Source: Bacteroidota bacterium
Lineage (GTDB): Bacteria; Bacteroidota; Bacteroidia; J057; JAJTIE01
DNA length: 64,000 bases
Direction: 5' to 3'
Assembly (NCBI GenBank): GCA_019638695.1
Contig: JAHBTG010000004.1
Coordinates: forward strand, 3,233-67,232
Part shown: positions 36,403 to 47,100 of the stretch, piece after piece
Numbering within the stretch: the stretch's first letter is position 1
Layout of the letters: every line of letters starts with the position of its first letter
Notes under the pieces: model-generated
What the model was told of the DNA's origin: nothing
The model's database searches: none
The model's input: the letters and a program-made list of their open reading frames with translations, nothing else
Made by a program: the position numbers and the translations under genes

Positions 36403-39400
36403 TTAGCGAATAAGGGTAACAGTGCCTTCGTAAAAAATAGGTTCACCTGTGATGCGAATAATCTTGGCCTTGTAGGTATAGGTGCCCGGGTCAAACGGCT
36501 TTCCGGTATCAGTGTTGCCATCCCAACCATCGCGTGCATCGGTTTCAAAAACTTGGTTTCCCCAACGGTCGAAGATACGAATATATTCTACGCGGGGATT
36601 AGCATTCACCGGCACAGGACGAAAACGGTCATTTACACCATCTCCGTTGGGAGTAAAAGCCGTAGGAAAGAAATATTCTTCTTCCTTAATCTCCACATAA
36701 TCTGTAAGGATCAGGAGATCCTGGCATTCCTGGCCAGAACCATCGTCCTGCAGTTCTCTGACCAGCTGAATGACGGTGTATTTACCCGGACGGGTATAAC
36801 GGATCTGGGGATTCAATACATCCGTCTGGATATTCCGCGGGTTCAGAGTATCTCCAAAATACCAGAAGATACTGACAGAATCTCCAGGAGTGCGTGTATA
36901 AGTACTCACAAACTGGATGGAAGGCTCCAGGATGGAAGTTACCGGCAAAGGCGCTACACCGGGAGGCAATGGATTCGTATCCGAACCGCCCAAGGCCGCC
37001 TCACGGGCTTTGGGATAAGCATAAAACCCGGACTGCGGAGGATTAGAGGCCCAGACGGTATCTTCTATTAATGAAGTACAACCGGTATTGGGGTTAAAAC
37101 ACTCCAGCACATACACATGAAACCCATAGTTATTGACCGGGAAAGTTACGGTATCCGCATTAGGGAACTGGCTGGGGTTCACTATCCAATACTGGCTACG
37201 CAGGGCGGGCGGTGTAGCCAGGAGATTGGCCAGCGTGGTACGGTACCACACTCTGTTGACGCATTCCGGTATCGGCGGAGAAGAGATGAAATAATCATCA
37301 AACAGCCCGCAAAGATCCGGCGCATTCAGGGTGGGTAAGGTTGTGGGCAATACCGTCACGGTATATTGGGTGGTATTGCGGCATCCATTGGCAGTAGTAG
37401 CGGTTACCACATAAGTCGTGGTCATCAGAGGCCTCACGACCGGATTAACGGGATCAGTCACATCAAAGGGTTGCGGAGTCCAGGCGACATTGGTGAAGGT
37501 ACCCGCAGGGAACTGAGAGAGGGATAAAGTCACGGGATCTCCGGGGCAGATATCGGTAACCACAGAAGGGGTAATCGACATCAGGTTACCCGGCTGCACA
37601 TTGATGAGAATAGTATCCAGGAAAGTACAATTACTGGTGGGTTCAAAAATAAGCACGTCATACCGGCGCGTTACCAGGGGTATGGCACGTATACTGTTGG
37701 CAGTAATGAACTGGAAATCCGAACCCACCCAATTATACTGGGTACCTCCCATGGCGGTAATCACCACAGTATCTCCCAGGCAGATGGTAATATCCTTGGA
37801 TGCAGGCGTAACAATACCTGCAGGCAATAACCCTTTCACAAAGACTGTTTGCGGATAATCCACCGAATCCCCGGGGCAATCTGCCGTACCCACCCGCCAG
37901 GTAATGACCACATCCTGGTTAGCATCTGCCGCTACGGACTGGTAGCTGGCATTGGCATTTATATTATTGGGATGGAAAGTACCTCCTCCGGAAGTATACC
38001 ACCGCCCTGAACCCACTGTAGCAAAGGCATTCAGCGGACCAGTGGAAGAATTGGTACAGATCGTATCCGGCGCATCTGTAAAGCCGCCATGTGGGATAGG
38101 GAACTTGGGCATGACACGGCAATAATCTACGCTATCGCAGACCCCATTGCCCACACGCCAGCACAGGAAAACAGGCACAGTTTCATCTGCAGGCACACTC
38201 AGGTACTGTGCATTGGGGTTATTGATACCTCCCACAAATGAGCCAAAGCCGGTAGTTGTCCAGCGCCCACCTCCACTATAAGTTTCTGCACTCAAAGGGA
38301 TTGTCAGATCTCCCAGGCATACAGTGGAAATGACCGTATTCATAGCCCCATCGGGCAAGGTATCCACCTGGAGAAAACGGGAATAGGAAACCGGGGGACA
38401 GGTGCCATTCTGCACGGTCCATACCAGTTCTACGGTTTGTCCGCCATCAGAAGAAACTGAGATATAGCGGGAATTTCCATCTGAAGTGGGTGTAGTGAAA
38501 CCGCCATGGCAGTTGTTACAGCTCCAGGAACCCACTCCGACATTGGCCACAGCGCCCAGCGGGATGCTGGCCTGCCCGGCACAGATAGTAGGAAGTACCG
38601 TAGCAAAAACACCATCAGAAGGCTCAAACACCTGGACATTCTGTGTATAAGTCACCACAGGGCAGGCATTCTTGACCACATTCCACTCCAGGGTCACAAT
38701 GTTGCCGCCATCTCCCAGCAAACTTTGATACTGCGCATTAGGCGCATTGCTATTTGGGATAAAGCTACCGACACAATTAGAACAACTCCAGTAACCGGTT
38801 CCTTCAAAGGCCTGACCGATCAGGGGTATGGTCACATCTCCCGCACAGATATTCCCGGGGTTGCTGGAGAACGCCCCCAATGGGGTCTTGGAGATATACA
38901 GCTTACGGTCAAAATTAAGGTCGGCACATAACCCGCGCGATACCGTCCACGTCAGGGTAACCGAGTCTATCCCATTACCCACAGCGCTCAAATGCACATA
39001 ACGGGCATTAGGATCATTAGGAGCAGGGTTGCCCGCCGCATCTACAAATAAGCCCGTGCCGCTGCTGGACCAGGTACCAATAGCCGGTGGCACCGCCGGA
39101 GAGGGAGGAGCGAATGTGGCATTGAGGGGCACAGTAGTATCACCCTCGCAAATGGTGTCCGGGGCAAACGCAGCAAAGCTGCCCGTCAGCGAAACGTTCA
39201 GAGCTTCAACTACACGCAGGTTTGTATCTTCTACACAGGTAGGGCCATTATTCACTATCCAGTAGAGATTGATAAAATGACCCGCATCTGCCACATCGCT
39301 CAGGTAATAGGCATTGGGATCATTGGGAGTGGGGTTTCCGTGTATATCCACAAAAGCCCCCAGGCCATTATCCGTTTCCCAGCGGCCCGTGCCCACCAGG

Positions 39401-42400
39401 ACAATAGCATTCAGCTGGGCAGAATAGCCTCCTGCACAGAACGGAGGGATATTGGTAGTAAAAGCACCTACCGGGGGCTGCACCACATTGACATACTGGC
39501 GTTGAGTATCGGGCGGACAATTTGTACTTTGGGTGATCCATCTGAGTTCAACAGTAGAAGCCGCATCCCCCGGCCCGGGAATATACCGGGTAGAAGTTCC
39601 GGTAGGATTTGAGAAGACCCCTGTACCATTGGAACGCCAGTGCCCTGTAGTACCCGGAGCAGCCGTGGCAGAAAACACATCCGTCTGGGAACCGGCCAGG
39701 AAGCAGACATCCGGCGGACCGGCTGCAAATACCCCGGCAGGCCGGCAGGAAACCGTCAGATTCTGCTGAAACACACCGGGAGGGCATCCGCCGGTAGTCA
39801 CCTCCCATCGCAGGACGGTGGTACCGCAATAGCCGGGATTAGGTGTAAAGGTAGCATTGGGGTCCAGCGGGTCAGAAAAAGCACCATTGGCATTCGCCAG
39901 CCACACGCCGGTATTGCCGGGGCCGGCATAAGCCCCCAACGGAGCCGTAATCCCCCCCTGGCAAATGGTAGTGGGTGCCGTGGCAAAGCTGCCATCTACC
40001 ACACTATTATTGACAAAGAAGGATTGCGTAGTCGTCACGCACCCGCAACCCGGCTCGCAGACCCGCCACTGCAGGACAATGACCTGGTTGGCATCTGCCA
40101 GCACAGAAGTATAGAACGCATTGGGGTCCGAAGGATCCGAGATCGCACCCTGGCCCGTATAAGCGCTGCCATTGGGCAGCAGGCTCCACGTGCCGGTACC
40201 CACAGTACCCACCACGTTAAAGGGGGTGGTAGAAGAACCACTGCAGATATCGGCAATGGGGTCTATAGTACCTGCTACAGGCGTTTGGCCCACATCCAGC
40301 ACATGGATAATCGTATCGGGGTCACAAGGACTATTCTGGACAATCCAGGCGATGGTTACCTGTTCGGCTACACCCGGCACCGGTGTGTAGCTGGCGCTGT
40401 CATTCAGCGGATTATCAAAGAACGTTCCGGCATGCGGGCCCAATACTTCAAAATGTCCCCGGCCAAATACCCGGATACCGAAGAAACGGGCAGGAGTAGG
40501 ACTGGTAGAACAAATGGGTGTTAAGGGGCCTACAAAGTAGCCAAGCGGCTGGCGATTGACCCGAATCATATTCTCCAGGACAAGCGGCGTACAAGCCCCC
40601 TGGGTCACTGTATAGGTAAGGGTAATATCCAGGCCGGCATCTGCCAATACAGACTGATAGTAGAAATCAGGACCTATCTGCACGATACTGCCCCCGCCAT
40701 TATGCGAATAAGCTCCGGTACCTACATAAGCAACCCCGCCGAGAGGACCTACCAGGTCTTCTGCACATACCGTATCCGGCGTAATCGGGGGGAAAGCCCC
40801 GTCTACCACAGGAACCAGCACATTCAGCGTCTGCTGGTACACCGCAGGGGCACATACGCCATTGGTGACCGTCCAGATAAGATCTACTGTACTCCCCGAG
40901 TTACTGGGGTGCGTAATATACCGGGCGTTAGGGGTAGTGTTATTGGGAGTAAAATACCCCAGCGAGCCCACACTGGGCACAGCAGTCCACACTCCCGTAC
41001 CCCTGATGGCAGTTGCTCCCAGGTGACCGGTAGAGCCGCCCGCGCACACATCCGAAGGGGTGGAGGCAAACGTACCCAAAGACGGCGCATAAATATAGAC
41101 CTGGCGCTCCAAGACTATGGGCGTACAGGTACCGGAAGTAATCACATAGTAGAAGGTAACCAGTGCCTCCCCAGTACCCATATCCGTAAAGGTAGCATTG
41201 GGGGCATTCAAACTGGGCAAAAAGATACCCGGGCGGGAGGTTGTCCAGAATCCGGTACCAGTCACCAGCGTCGCACCCAATGGGGCCGAAACGCCAGCCT
41301 GGCACATCAGCACCGTATCTGCGGGCATACTACCCGAGGGCAAACCGGCGTGCTGCACAAATTGCACGTCCCCGCTATCTACACGACAGCCTTCGGTAAT
41401 AAGCACACGGTAATAAGCAGAAGCCGCCAGCGAAGGGATCGTATAGATGGGGGAAGTCTCACTGGCAATATCCGACCAGGTTATGGCATCAGGGGAAACC
41501 TGCCATTGCAGGGACGCAGACGTGCCTGTATAGGTCAGGACAGGGCTGGTTCCGGTGCAAAAGATGCCCGCACCGGAGGTAATGCCGCGATCCGGGGCCA
41601 CGGTCACATCCACAAACACCACGTCAGAAGTATCCACACAGGTAAATCCTGCAGTGCTCACCACCAGGGCATAATAAGTGGGCGCCACCAAAGGTTCGGT
41701 ATACAATACAGGAGAGCTGTTAAAGCCCACACCCGTACTCACATGCGTCCAGGGTCCTGTAACGGAGGGACCGCTAATCCAGTATAACGTATCTCCCAGG
41801 AAACTTCCCACATAGACCACGGCAGATTCTCCCGTGCAGACACTGGTATCCGCACTGGCAGGCCCGGCAATCGCATTACACAGGTTCAGGAACACCAGCA
41901 ACGTATCATCCTGGAAACAACCGGTAACCGGGTTGGTAAGCCGGACCACCACCGTATCCGTAAGTGACGGATCACTCAGTGCAGAAGTAAAGTCAATGGC
42001 GGGAGATACAGCCGTGGGATTGGAAATCCCTGCTGCGGAGCCATTGCGGGTCCATGAAATATCCATTCCTGCTGCATTGGCCACAGAATAAGGCTGGGCC
42101 AGCGCCGGGATCACCAGCAGCTGCGGGCCGGAGGCTACGGGAACTGGCAGGGGATTGACCGTAAGGGTTAACACATTGGCAGCCGTATCCGAACAGCCAT
42201 TCGCGGTGGTGGCAATTACCGTATAGTTACCCTGGATATTGGTTACCAGGCTCACCCCGGTTTCACCCGGAATGGGAAAATTATTGCGCAACCATTGGTA
42301 ACCCGTATAGGTGGCATCAGAGGCCGTAAGTGTAACCGTGGCGTCTTCGCAAATGGTCAAAGGATCTGTGGTGGTTACCGTAAAAGCAGGCAGGCTATGC

Positions 42401-43965
42401 ACGGTGATAGGGAAGTTTTGCAAACATCCGCCGCCATAATCCACGGTGACCACATCCACCAGGTCTGCCCCAGAGGCATTCATACCCGGGATAAAAAAAG
42501 CACTGCTGCCCGGGCTGCCGATAATACTGGCTCCGCTCAGGTTAGTGGAAATACTCCAGTTACTGGCCGCAATCCCCGTATTCAACAAAACAGCCCCACC
42601 GTCGGGACAGGCGGTATTAGCTCCTGTTATGGGATTATTAGGGTATACGGTAATCAGCAGTGTATCCGCGCAGGTAGCACTTGTTGCAATGAGCGTATCC
42701 ACCCGAACACTGAGTGGCAGGCCAAAAGTCACCTGGGTAATCAACGCGGGATTACCGCCCGTAACCCCGGAGGGTGTGCCCCCCACCCCGGAAAGAATCG
42801 TCCATGTAGGTGGCACAGAACCCGCCACTTCATACTGGACAATAGAATCTCCGCAAACCTGCAGTGCCGGTGTCACAAACTCTGGCCGCTCCTGCACCTG
42901 CACAAATATCGTATCCGTCCGGCCACAAGGGAACGGACTGGTCAACACAATGGTATCCAGCTGGCCTGCAAGCGTATTAGGGAAAACCACATCGATAAAA
43001 GGTGTACCCGTGGTAAACGGACTGACGATTGCACCCCCATTCAGCACCTGCCAGTCAGCAGGGCCGCTTGCCACCAAACGGACAGGCAATTCTGCACATA
43101 CCGGCTGCGGAGCCACAGCGGTAGTTAGATCAAAAGGAGGTAAAGCGCTTACCAACGACACAGGAGTCACAGAAAAGACCACCGTATCGCGGCAGCTTCC
43201 TAGTGAAAAGATGAGCGTATCATTGGCAGGCACCAGTGCATTGCCCAGGTCCACATACACGGTATCCGTACTCAGCGGATTACCGGTCAGCGCATCAAAA
43301 GCAGTACCATGCGGACTAATAATGCTCCAGCTGCCTACGGCATTCCCCCAAAGCTTCAGCACAGGTTCGTCTGCACAGAAGGCAAAGTTACCGCTAGGAT
43401 TGGTGATCCGTGCACCCGCCAGGGCAGGCAATGGCGGAACAAACACAGCCTGAGGCTTGATGTCATTTGAAGCGTAATCCAGGATAACCCCGGAGTTCAC
43501 ACGCCAGCTAATGTGGCTGGCCCTGTTGCAGTCCTTCTGGATAATGAATATGCGGGCCACCCGGGTGCGGGTAGCCGTCACATTAATACCAGGCCCGGCA
43601 TTGGTGGGGACCACACTCAGGTTAAGAAAATTAAAAGTACCGCCAATCTCCAGAGGGAAATAAGAGTCGGGAGGCGCCACACCCGACCAAGGGCCTGCGA
43701 CAAGAATCCCTTTATCGGAAATATCGAGCAAACTGGTATCAATGTTAATGACAAAGTTTGCGGCACCCAGCGCAAAATCAGGACCGGATGCCTTCTGAAT
43801 ATAGACATCCAGGAACAGCGTATCTGCCCCGCCTTTAACCTGCTCTACTTCCAGCCTGTAATCCTGTGCATAGAGCCGCGGCCCTGCAAGTCCACTCATA
43901 AACCATATGCCCAGCAATAAGAGCCAAGGGGCAAACCAGCTTAACCTGAGAGGGAAACGCAACAT
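36403..43965 (-). CDS. giant secreted protein (2520 aa): cohesin-like N-module, >=13 Cys-containing Ig-like repeats, PKD-like region, T9SS type B C-terminal domain
   Basis: Start placed at the ATG at 43965 (MLRFPLRLSWFAPWLLLLGIWFMSGLAGPRLYA signal peptide). The track start at 44052 adds a non-signal extension. C-terminus FPTAFTPNGDGVNDRFRPV...IRIFDRWGNQVFET...GWDGN...PGTYTYKAKI matches the type B CTD. The N-module is homologous to those of the 756-aa and 1485-aa neighbours. Confidence 0.9.
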   Translation of the reverse strand: MLRFPLRLSWFAPWLLLLGIWFMSGLAGPRLYAQDYRLEVEQVKGGADTLFLDVYIQKASGPDFALGAANFVINIDTSLLDISDKGILVAGPWSGVAPPDSYFPLEIGGTFNFLNLSVVPTNAGPGINVTATRTRVARIFIIQKDCNRASHISWRVNSGVILDYASNDIKPQAVFVPPLPALAGARITNPSGNFAFCADEPVLKLWGNAVGSWSIISPHGTAFDALTGNPLSTDTVYVDLGNALVPANDTLIFSLGSCRDTVVFSVTPVSLVSALPPFDLTTAVAPQPVCAELPVRLVASGPADWQVLNGGAIVSPFTTGTPFIDVVFPNTLAGQLDTIVLTSPFPCGRTDTIFVQVQERPEFVTPALQVCGDSIVQYEVAGSVPPTWTILSGVGGTPSGVTGGNPALITQVTFGLPLSVRVDTLIATSATCADTLLITVYPNNPITGANTACPDGGAVLLNTGIAASNWSISTNLSGASIIGSPGSSAFFIPGMNASGADLVDVVTVDYGGGCLQNFPITVHSLPAFTVTTTDPLTICEDATVTLTASDATYTGYQWLRNNFPIPGETGVSLVTNIQGNYTVIATTANGCSDTAANVLTLTVNPLPVPVASGPQLLVIPALAQPYSVANAAGMDISWTRNGSAAGISNPTAVSPAIDFTSALSDPSLTDTVVVRLTNPVTGCFQDDTLLVFLNLCNAIAGPASADTSVCTGESAVVYVGSFLGDTLYWISGPSVTGPWTHVSTGVGFNSSPVLYTEPLVAPTYYALVVSTAGFTCVDTSDVVFVDVTVAPDRGITSGAGIFCTGTSPVLTYTGTSASLQWQVSPDAITWSDIASETSPIYTIPSLAASAYYRVLITEGCRVDSGDVQFVQHAGLPSGSMPADTVLMCQAGVSAPLGATLVTGTGFWTTSRPGIFLPSLNAPNATFTDMGTGEALVTFYYVITSGTCTPIVLERQVYIYAPSLGTFASTPSDVCAGGSTGHLGATAIRGTGVWTAVPSVGSLGYFTPNNTTPNARYITHPSNSGSTVDLIWTVTNGVCAPAVYQQTLNVLVPVVDGAFPPITPDTVCAEDLVGPLGGVAYVGTGAYSHNGGGSIVQIGPDFYYQSVLADAGLDITLTYTVTQGACTPLVLENMIRVNRQPLGYFVGPLTPICSTSPTPARFFGIRVFGRGHFEVLGPHAGTFFDNPLNDSASYTPVPGVAEQVTIAWIVQNSPCDPDTIIHVLDVGQTPVAGTIDPIADICSGSSTTPFNVVGTVGTGTWSLLPNGSAYTGQGAISDPSDPNAFYTSVLADANQVIVLQWRVCEPGCGCVTTTQSFFVNNSVVDGSFATAPTTICQGGITAPLGAYAGPGNTGVWLANANGAFSDPLDPNATFTPNPGYCGTTVLRWEVTTGGCPPGVFQQNLTVSCRPAGVFAAGPPDVCFLAGSQTDVFSATAAPGTTGHWRSNGTGVFSNPTGTSTRYIPGPGDAASTVELRWITQSTNCPPDTQRQYVNVVQPPVGAFTTNIPPFCAGGYSAQLNAIVLVGTGRWETDNGLGAFVDIHGNPTPNDPNAYYLSDVADAGHFINLYWIVNNGPTCVEDTNLRVVEALNVSLTGSFAAFAPDTICEGDTTVPLNATFAPPSPAVPPAIGTWSSSGTGLFVDAAGNPAPNDPNARYVHLSAVGNGIDSVTLTWTVSRGLCADLNFDRKLYISKTPLGAFSSNPGNICAGDVTIPLIGQAFEGTGYWSCSNCVGSFIPNSNAPNAQYQSLLGDGGNIVTLEWNVVKNACPVVTYTQNVQVFEPSDGVFATVLPTICAGQASIPLGAVANVGVGSWSCNNCHGGFTTPTSDGNSRYISVSSDGGQTVELVWTVQNGTCPPVSYSRFLQVDTLPDGAMNTVISTVCLGDLTIPLSAETYSGGGRWTTTGFGSFVGGINNPNAQYLSVPADETVPVFLCWRVGNGVCDSVDYCRVMPKFPIPHGGFTDAPDTICTNSSTGPLNAFATVGSGRWYTSGGGTFHPNNINANASYQSVAADANQDVVITWRVGTADCPGDSVDYPQTVFVKGLLPAGIVTPASKDITICLGDTVVITAMGGTQYNWVGSDFQFITANSIRAIPLVTRRYDVLIFEPTSNCTFLDTILINVQPGNLMSITPSVVTDICPGDPVTLSLSQFPAGTFTNVAWTPQPFDVTDPVNPVVRPLMTTTYVVTATTANGCRNTTQYTVTVLPTTLPTLNAPDLCGLFDDYFISSPPIPECVNRVWYRTTLANLLATPPALRSQYWIVNPSQFPNADTVTFPVNNYGFHVYVLECFNPNTGCTSLIEDTVWASNPPQSGFYAYPKAREAALGGSDTNPLPPGVAPLPVTSILEPSIQFVSTYTRTPGDSVSIFWYFGDTLNPRNIQTDVLNPQIRYTRPGKYTVIQLVRELQDDGSGQECQDLLILTDYVEIKEEEYFFPTAFTPNGDGVNDRFRPVPVNANPRVEYIRIFDRWGNQVFETDARDGWDGNTDTGKPFDPGTYTYKAKIIRITGEPIFYEGTVTLIR
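37850..41400 (-). repeat. array of >=13 coding repeats of about 91-95 aa (C...PL.A....GTG.W....G.F.....PNA.Y.S...D.G..V.L.W.V..G.C)
   Basis: I found 13 clear occurrences of the (P/A)NAxY / xxSRY core in register (NAPNATF, TPNARY, DPNAFY, DPNATF, TSTRY, DPNAYY, DPNARY, APNAQY, GNSRY, NPNAQY, ANASY, ...). Boundaries are approximate. Confidence 0.7.
43432..43863 (-). other. cohesin-like N-terminal module, copy in the 2520-aa protein (aa 35-178)
   Basis: DYRLEVEQVKGGADTLFLDVYIQKASGPDFALGAANFVINID...TATRTRVARIFI...ISWRV. Clearly alignable with 50348-50863 and more distantly with 48044-48550. The fold assignment is inference from the pattern only. Confidence 0.5.
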
Positions 43966-44053
43966 TGGGGAGTTAGCTATGCAAGTTGAAGTAGTTCTTA
44001 TCTTGAAATGGAGCGTAGTAGTCAGGGCAAATTTGGAGAAAAAACAAACCAAA

Positions 44054-44094
44054 AAGGCAATGGAGTAGAGCTTTTTACTCTACTCCATTGCCTT
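44054..44094 (-). terminator. intrinsic terminator after the 1485-aa gene
   Basis: 17-bp perfect stem AAGGCAATGGAGTAGAG / CTCTACTCCATTGCCTT with a 7-nt loop. On the minus strand it is followed by TTTTTGGTTTGTTTTTT. It lies 59 nt downstream of the stop at 44153. Confidence 0.8.
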
Positions 44095-44152
44095 AATTTT
44101 CCCCATACGGTATCAGCATGTACTTCCAGACTAACTTTTGAGTGTTCAAAAA

Positions 44153-47100
44153 TTAGGGATTAGGCACACTGGTAATCCGCAGGTCATTGTTATTGGTTCT
44201 GACAATCGTCACATCAAAAGCGTTCAGATCACCATCCAGTGACGCATCGGTTTGTGTGTACACATTAGAGGGGTTGCTTATAGCAGCCACGCGGGTGCGG
44301 AAAAAGTCTGCGGCATTCACCTCTCCTACATCATTAAACACAGCATTGTCATAGACGTTGCCCGCCAGCATCGCATACACAACATAGGCCGGGGCTGCGT
44401 TCCTATTGATAATGGCCACTGCAGGCGTCAGACCGGGATCCTGGTAGTAGTTCGCAGGGTTATTGAATGACCAGCTGCTGGGCACCACGCTATTCAGGGG
44501 TACGGCTACACTGGACATGATGGGCAGGTGGTTTTTATGACGCACCACGATATAGTAGTTGCCATCAGGATTGCCATCGCAGAAGTTTACAGCAGGGTTA
44601 GTTGCCGTAGCAAAATCACGCACACTACCGTCTGCCATCAGCCACGCATAGGCGGAATCAATAGCGGGCCCTGTGGCGGAAGAACGAATCTCCAGCTTGA
44701 GCACATCCACCGCATCTATAGGCAGGGACGCCATAACGGTATTGCTATCAGCAGGCTGTACAAACCCGGTAGGATCCAGTGCGGGGCTGCCATCTCCAAA
44801 GACATCCGTCAGCAGCGTATACGTACTGTTCAGCAGCGCAAAGTTCATCGGCACCGAACCAGTAGTGTCTATACAACCTTCCATAAAGACGGTAAGCTCC
44901 ACACCCAGGCCGGTCGTTCTATTAATGACAACCGTATTGGCCATATCCTCTGTACAAGTGAAAGGAACGGTTCTTTGACCTGTAACGGTCACCGTAATAT
45001 TGCCGGATGCCGGGAACAGCGTCAATGGCAGCATCAGTACAGAGCCGTTACCAGGCGTAGAACTGGACAGCGGAGTGATTCCGTCAAAAGCGGTGTAGGA
45101 TACTCCGGCATCAGATGCCAGTATGCGAATGACAGGAGTATCGGTTCCGCAGAAGGAGGTATCCCCTTCCACTGTTTTGAGATCTACCCGGTTACTGGTG
45201 ATGACCAGGGTATCATACGTTACGCAGAAACCATCTGAAACCGACCACATCAGGCTATCGGGAGTGCCGGGCACAGAAGTGGTAGTAAAGAGAGAGTTCG
45301 GATCAGAAGGATCGGTCACTGTGAAGCCGGCTGTAATGGGCACCCAGGTACCTATATAAGGGCTGGTCACAGGCGTGGCATTCAGGGTGGTGTTGTCAGT
45401 ACAAATGTTCTGGTCGGCGCCGGCAGCAGCTACGGCAAAGTTCAGGGTCACATCATCCGAATGTGCCACAGAACAGCCGGGACCAGGGGCAGTTGTCTGC
45501 CAGCGGAAGACGTAGGTACCGGGCACATCAACCGTCACGGCTGTATTATAGGTGGAGTTGCCAGGGTTATAAGTGGGTGAGCCGGGGCCACTGACAAATA
45601 ACCAGTTGGCAGAGACTCCTAGCTGAGTCAAGGCATCCGAACCCTCAAGGGTAACAGAAAGACCGCAGATATTGGAATCAGGTCCTGCTGACACATAGTT
45701 AAACACAACGGTCACGTCATCAAACGGATGCGACACGCAGCCTAACGGCAAAGTACCGGTACTCTGCCAGCGCAAGGTATAGCTACCGGGAGTATCTACG
45801 GTAATCACAGAAGTAGGCGCAGTATCATTGGAGAATACAGGAGCTCCGCTGCCACCAGGGCTGGCAATTACAGACCACTGACCGCCGGAAGCACCGATGA
45901 TCGTGGGATCGAATCCTGCCAATCCAGCGGTGTTGGCATCACAAAGCACCAGGTCCGGTCCTGCCGTCACAAAGTTGAAGGTGATATCCACACTATCTAC
46001 AGGCGTACAAGCTCCCACCACGTTACCGGTCCAGTAGAAACGATAGGTACCGGGCACATCAACCGTTACACCTGAAACGGGACTGCTGGCATCAGTAAAG
46101 GTAGCGGTACCAAGACCTGAAACCTGACTCCAGGTACCAATGGTAACAGGTGCTATCAGCGCGGGGGCATCCATGATATACGTGGAATCGCAGACGGTCA
46201 TGGGTGAAGTACCCGCTTCTATGAAGGCAAAAGTTACTTCTATACTATCTTGGGCAGAACAAGCACCCATAGTAGCGCTCCAGTAGAACTTATAGGTACC
46301 GGCAATACTGACACTTACCGTGCTGGTTTCTGAGCCGGGAGTAGCGATGGTCGCCACACCAGGATTGCCTACAGCTGCGCTCCATACACCGCCGGTGACG
46401 GCAGTAGCGTCAAAGGTATAAGTGCTGTCATTACAGACTGCCACGGGAGTAGTACCGGCTTCTACAAAAGCAAAGGTTACTTCTACACTGTCCTGCACAG
46501 AGCAGGCACCTACAGTAGCACTCCAGTAGAACTTATACACACCGGGAGTATTGACACTCACGGTGCTAGTTTCCGAGCCGGGAGTAGCGATGGTCGCCAC
46601 ACCAGGATTGCTTACAGCTGCGCTCCATGCACCGCCTGTCAAAGGCTCGGCATCGAACGTGTAGGTACTGTCATTACAAACTGCTGCAGGGGTAGTACCT
46701 GCCTCAGCAAAGGCAAAGGTCACTTCTACGCTGTCCTGGGCAGAACAAGCACCTATAGTAGCGCTCCAGTAGAACTTATACACACCGGGAGTATTGACAC
46801 TCACCGTGCTGATTTCCGAGCCGGGAGTAGCAATGGTCGCCACACCGGGGTTGCCTACGGCTGCGCTCCATACACCGCCGGTGACGGCTGTAGCGTCAAA
46901 GGTATAGGTGCTGTCGTTGCAGACTGTTACAGGCGTAGTACCGGCTTCTACAAAAGCGAAATCAATCTCTACACTATCCTGGACAATACCGCAAGGTACG
47001 CCTGCATTGTACCCCCAGTAAAACTTATAGAGACCGGGCGTATTGACACTCACGGTGCTATTATACAGGTTCACATCTGTGATAGTGGCCACACCGGGGT

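Noticed and set aside
39640-43453. Plus-strand ORFs of 277-361 aa (39640..40524, 40702..41787, 42295..43128, 42446..43453) inside the 2520-aa gene.
   Set aside because: They are antisense to the repeat-bearing CDS. The translations are Arg/Gly/His-rich strings without structure.
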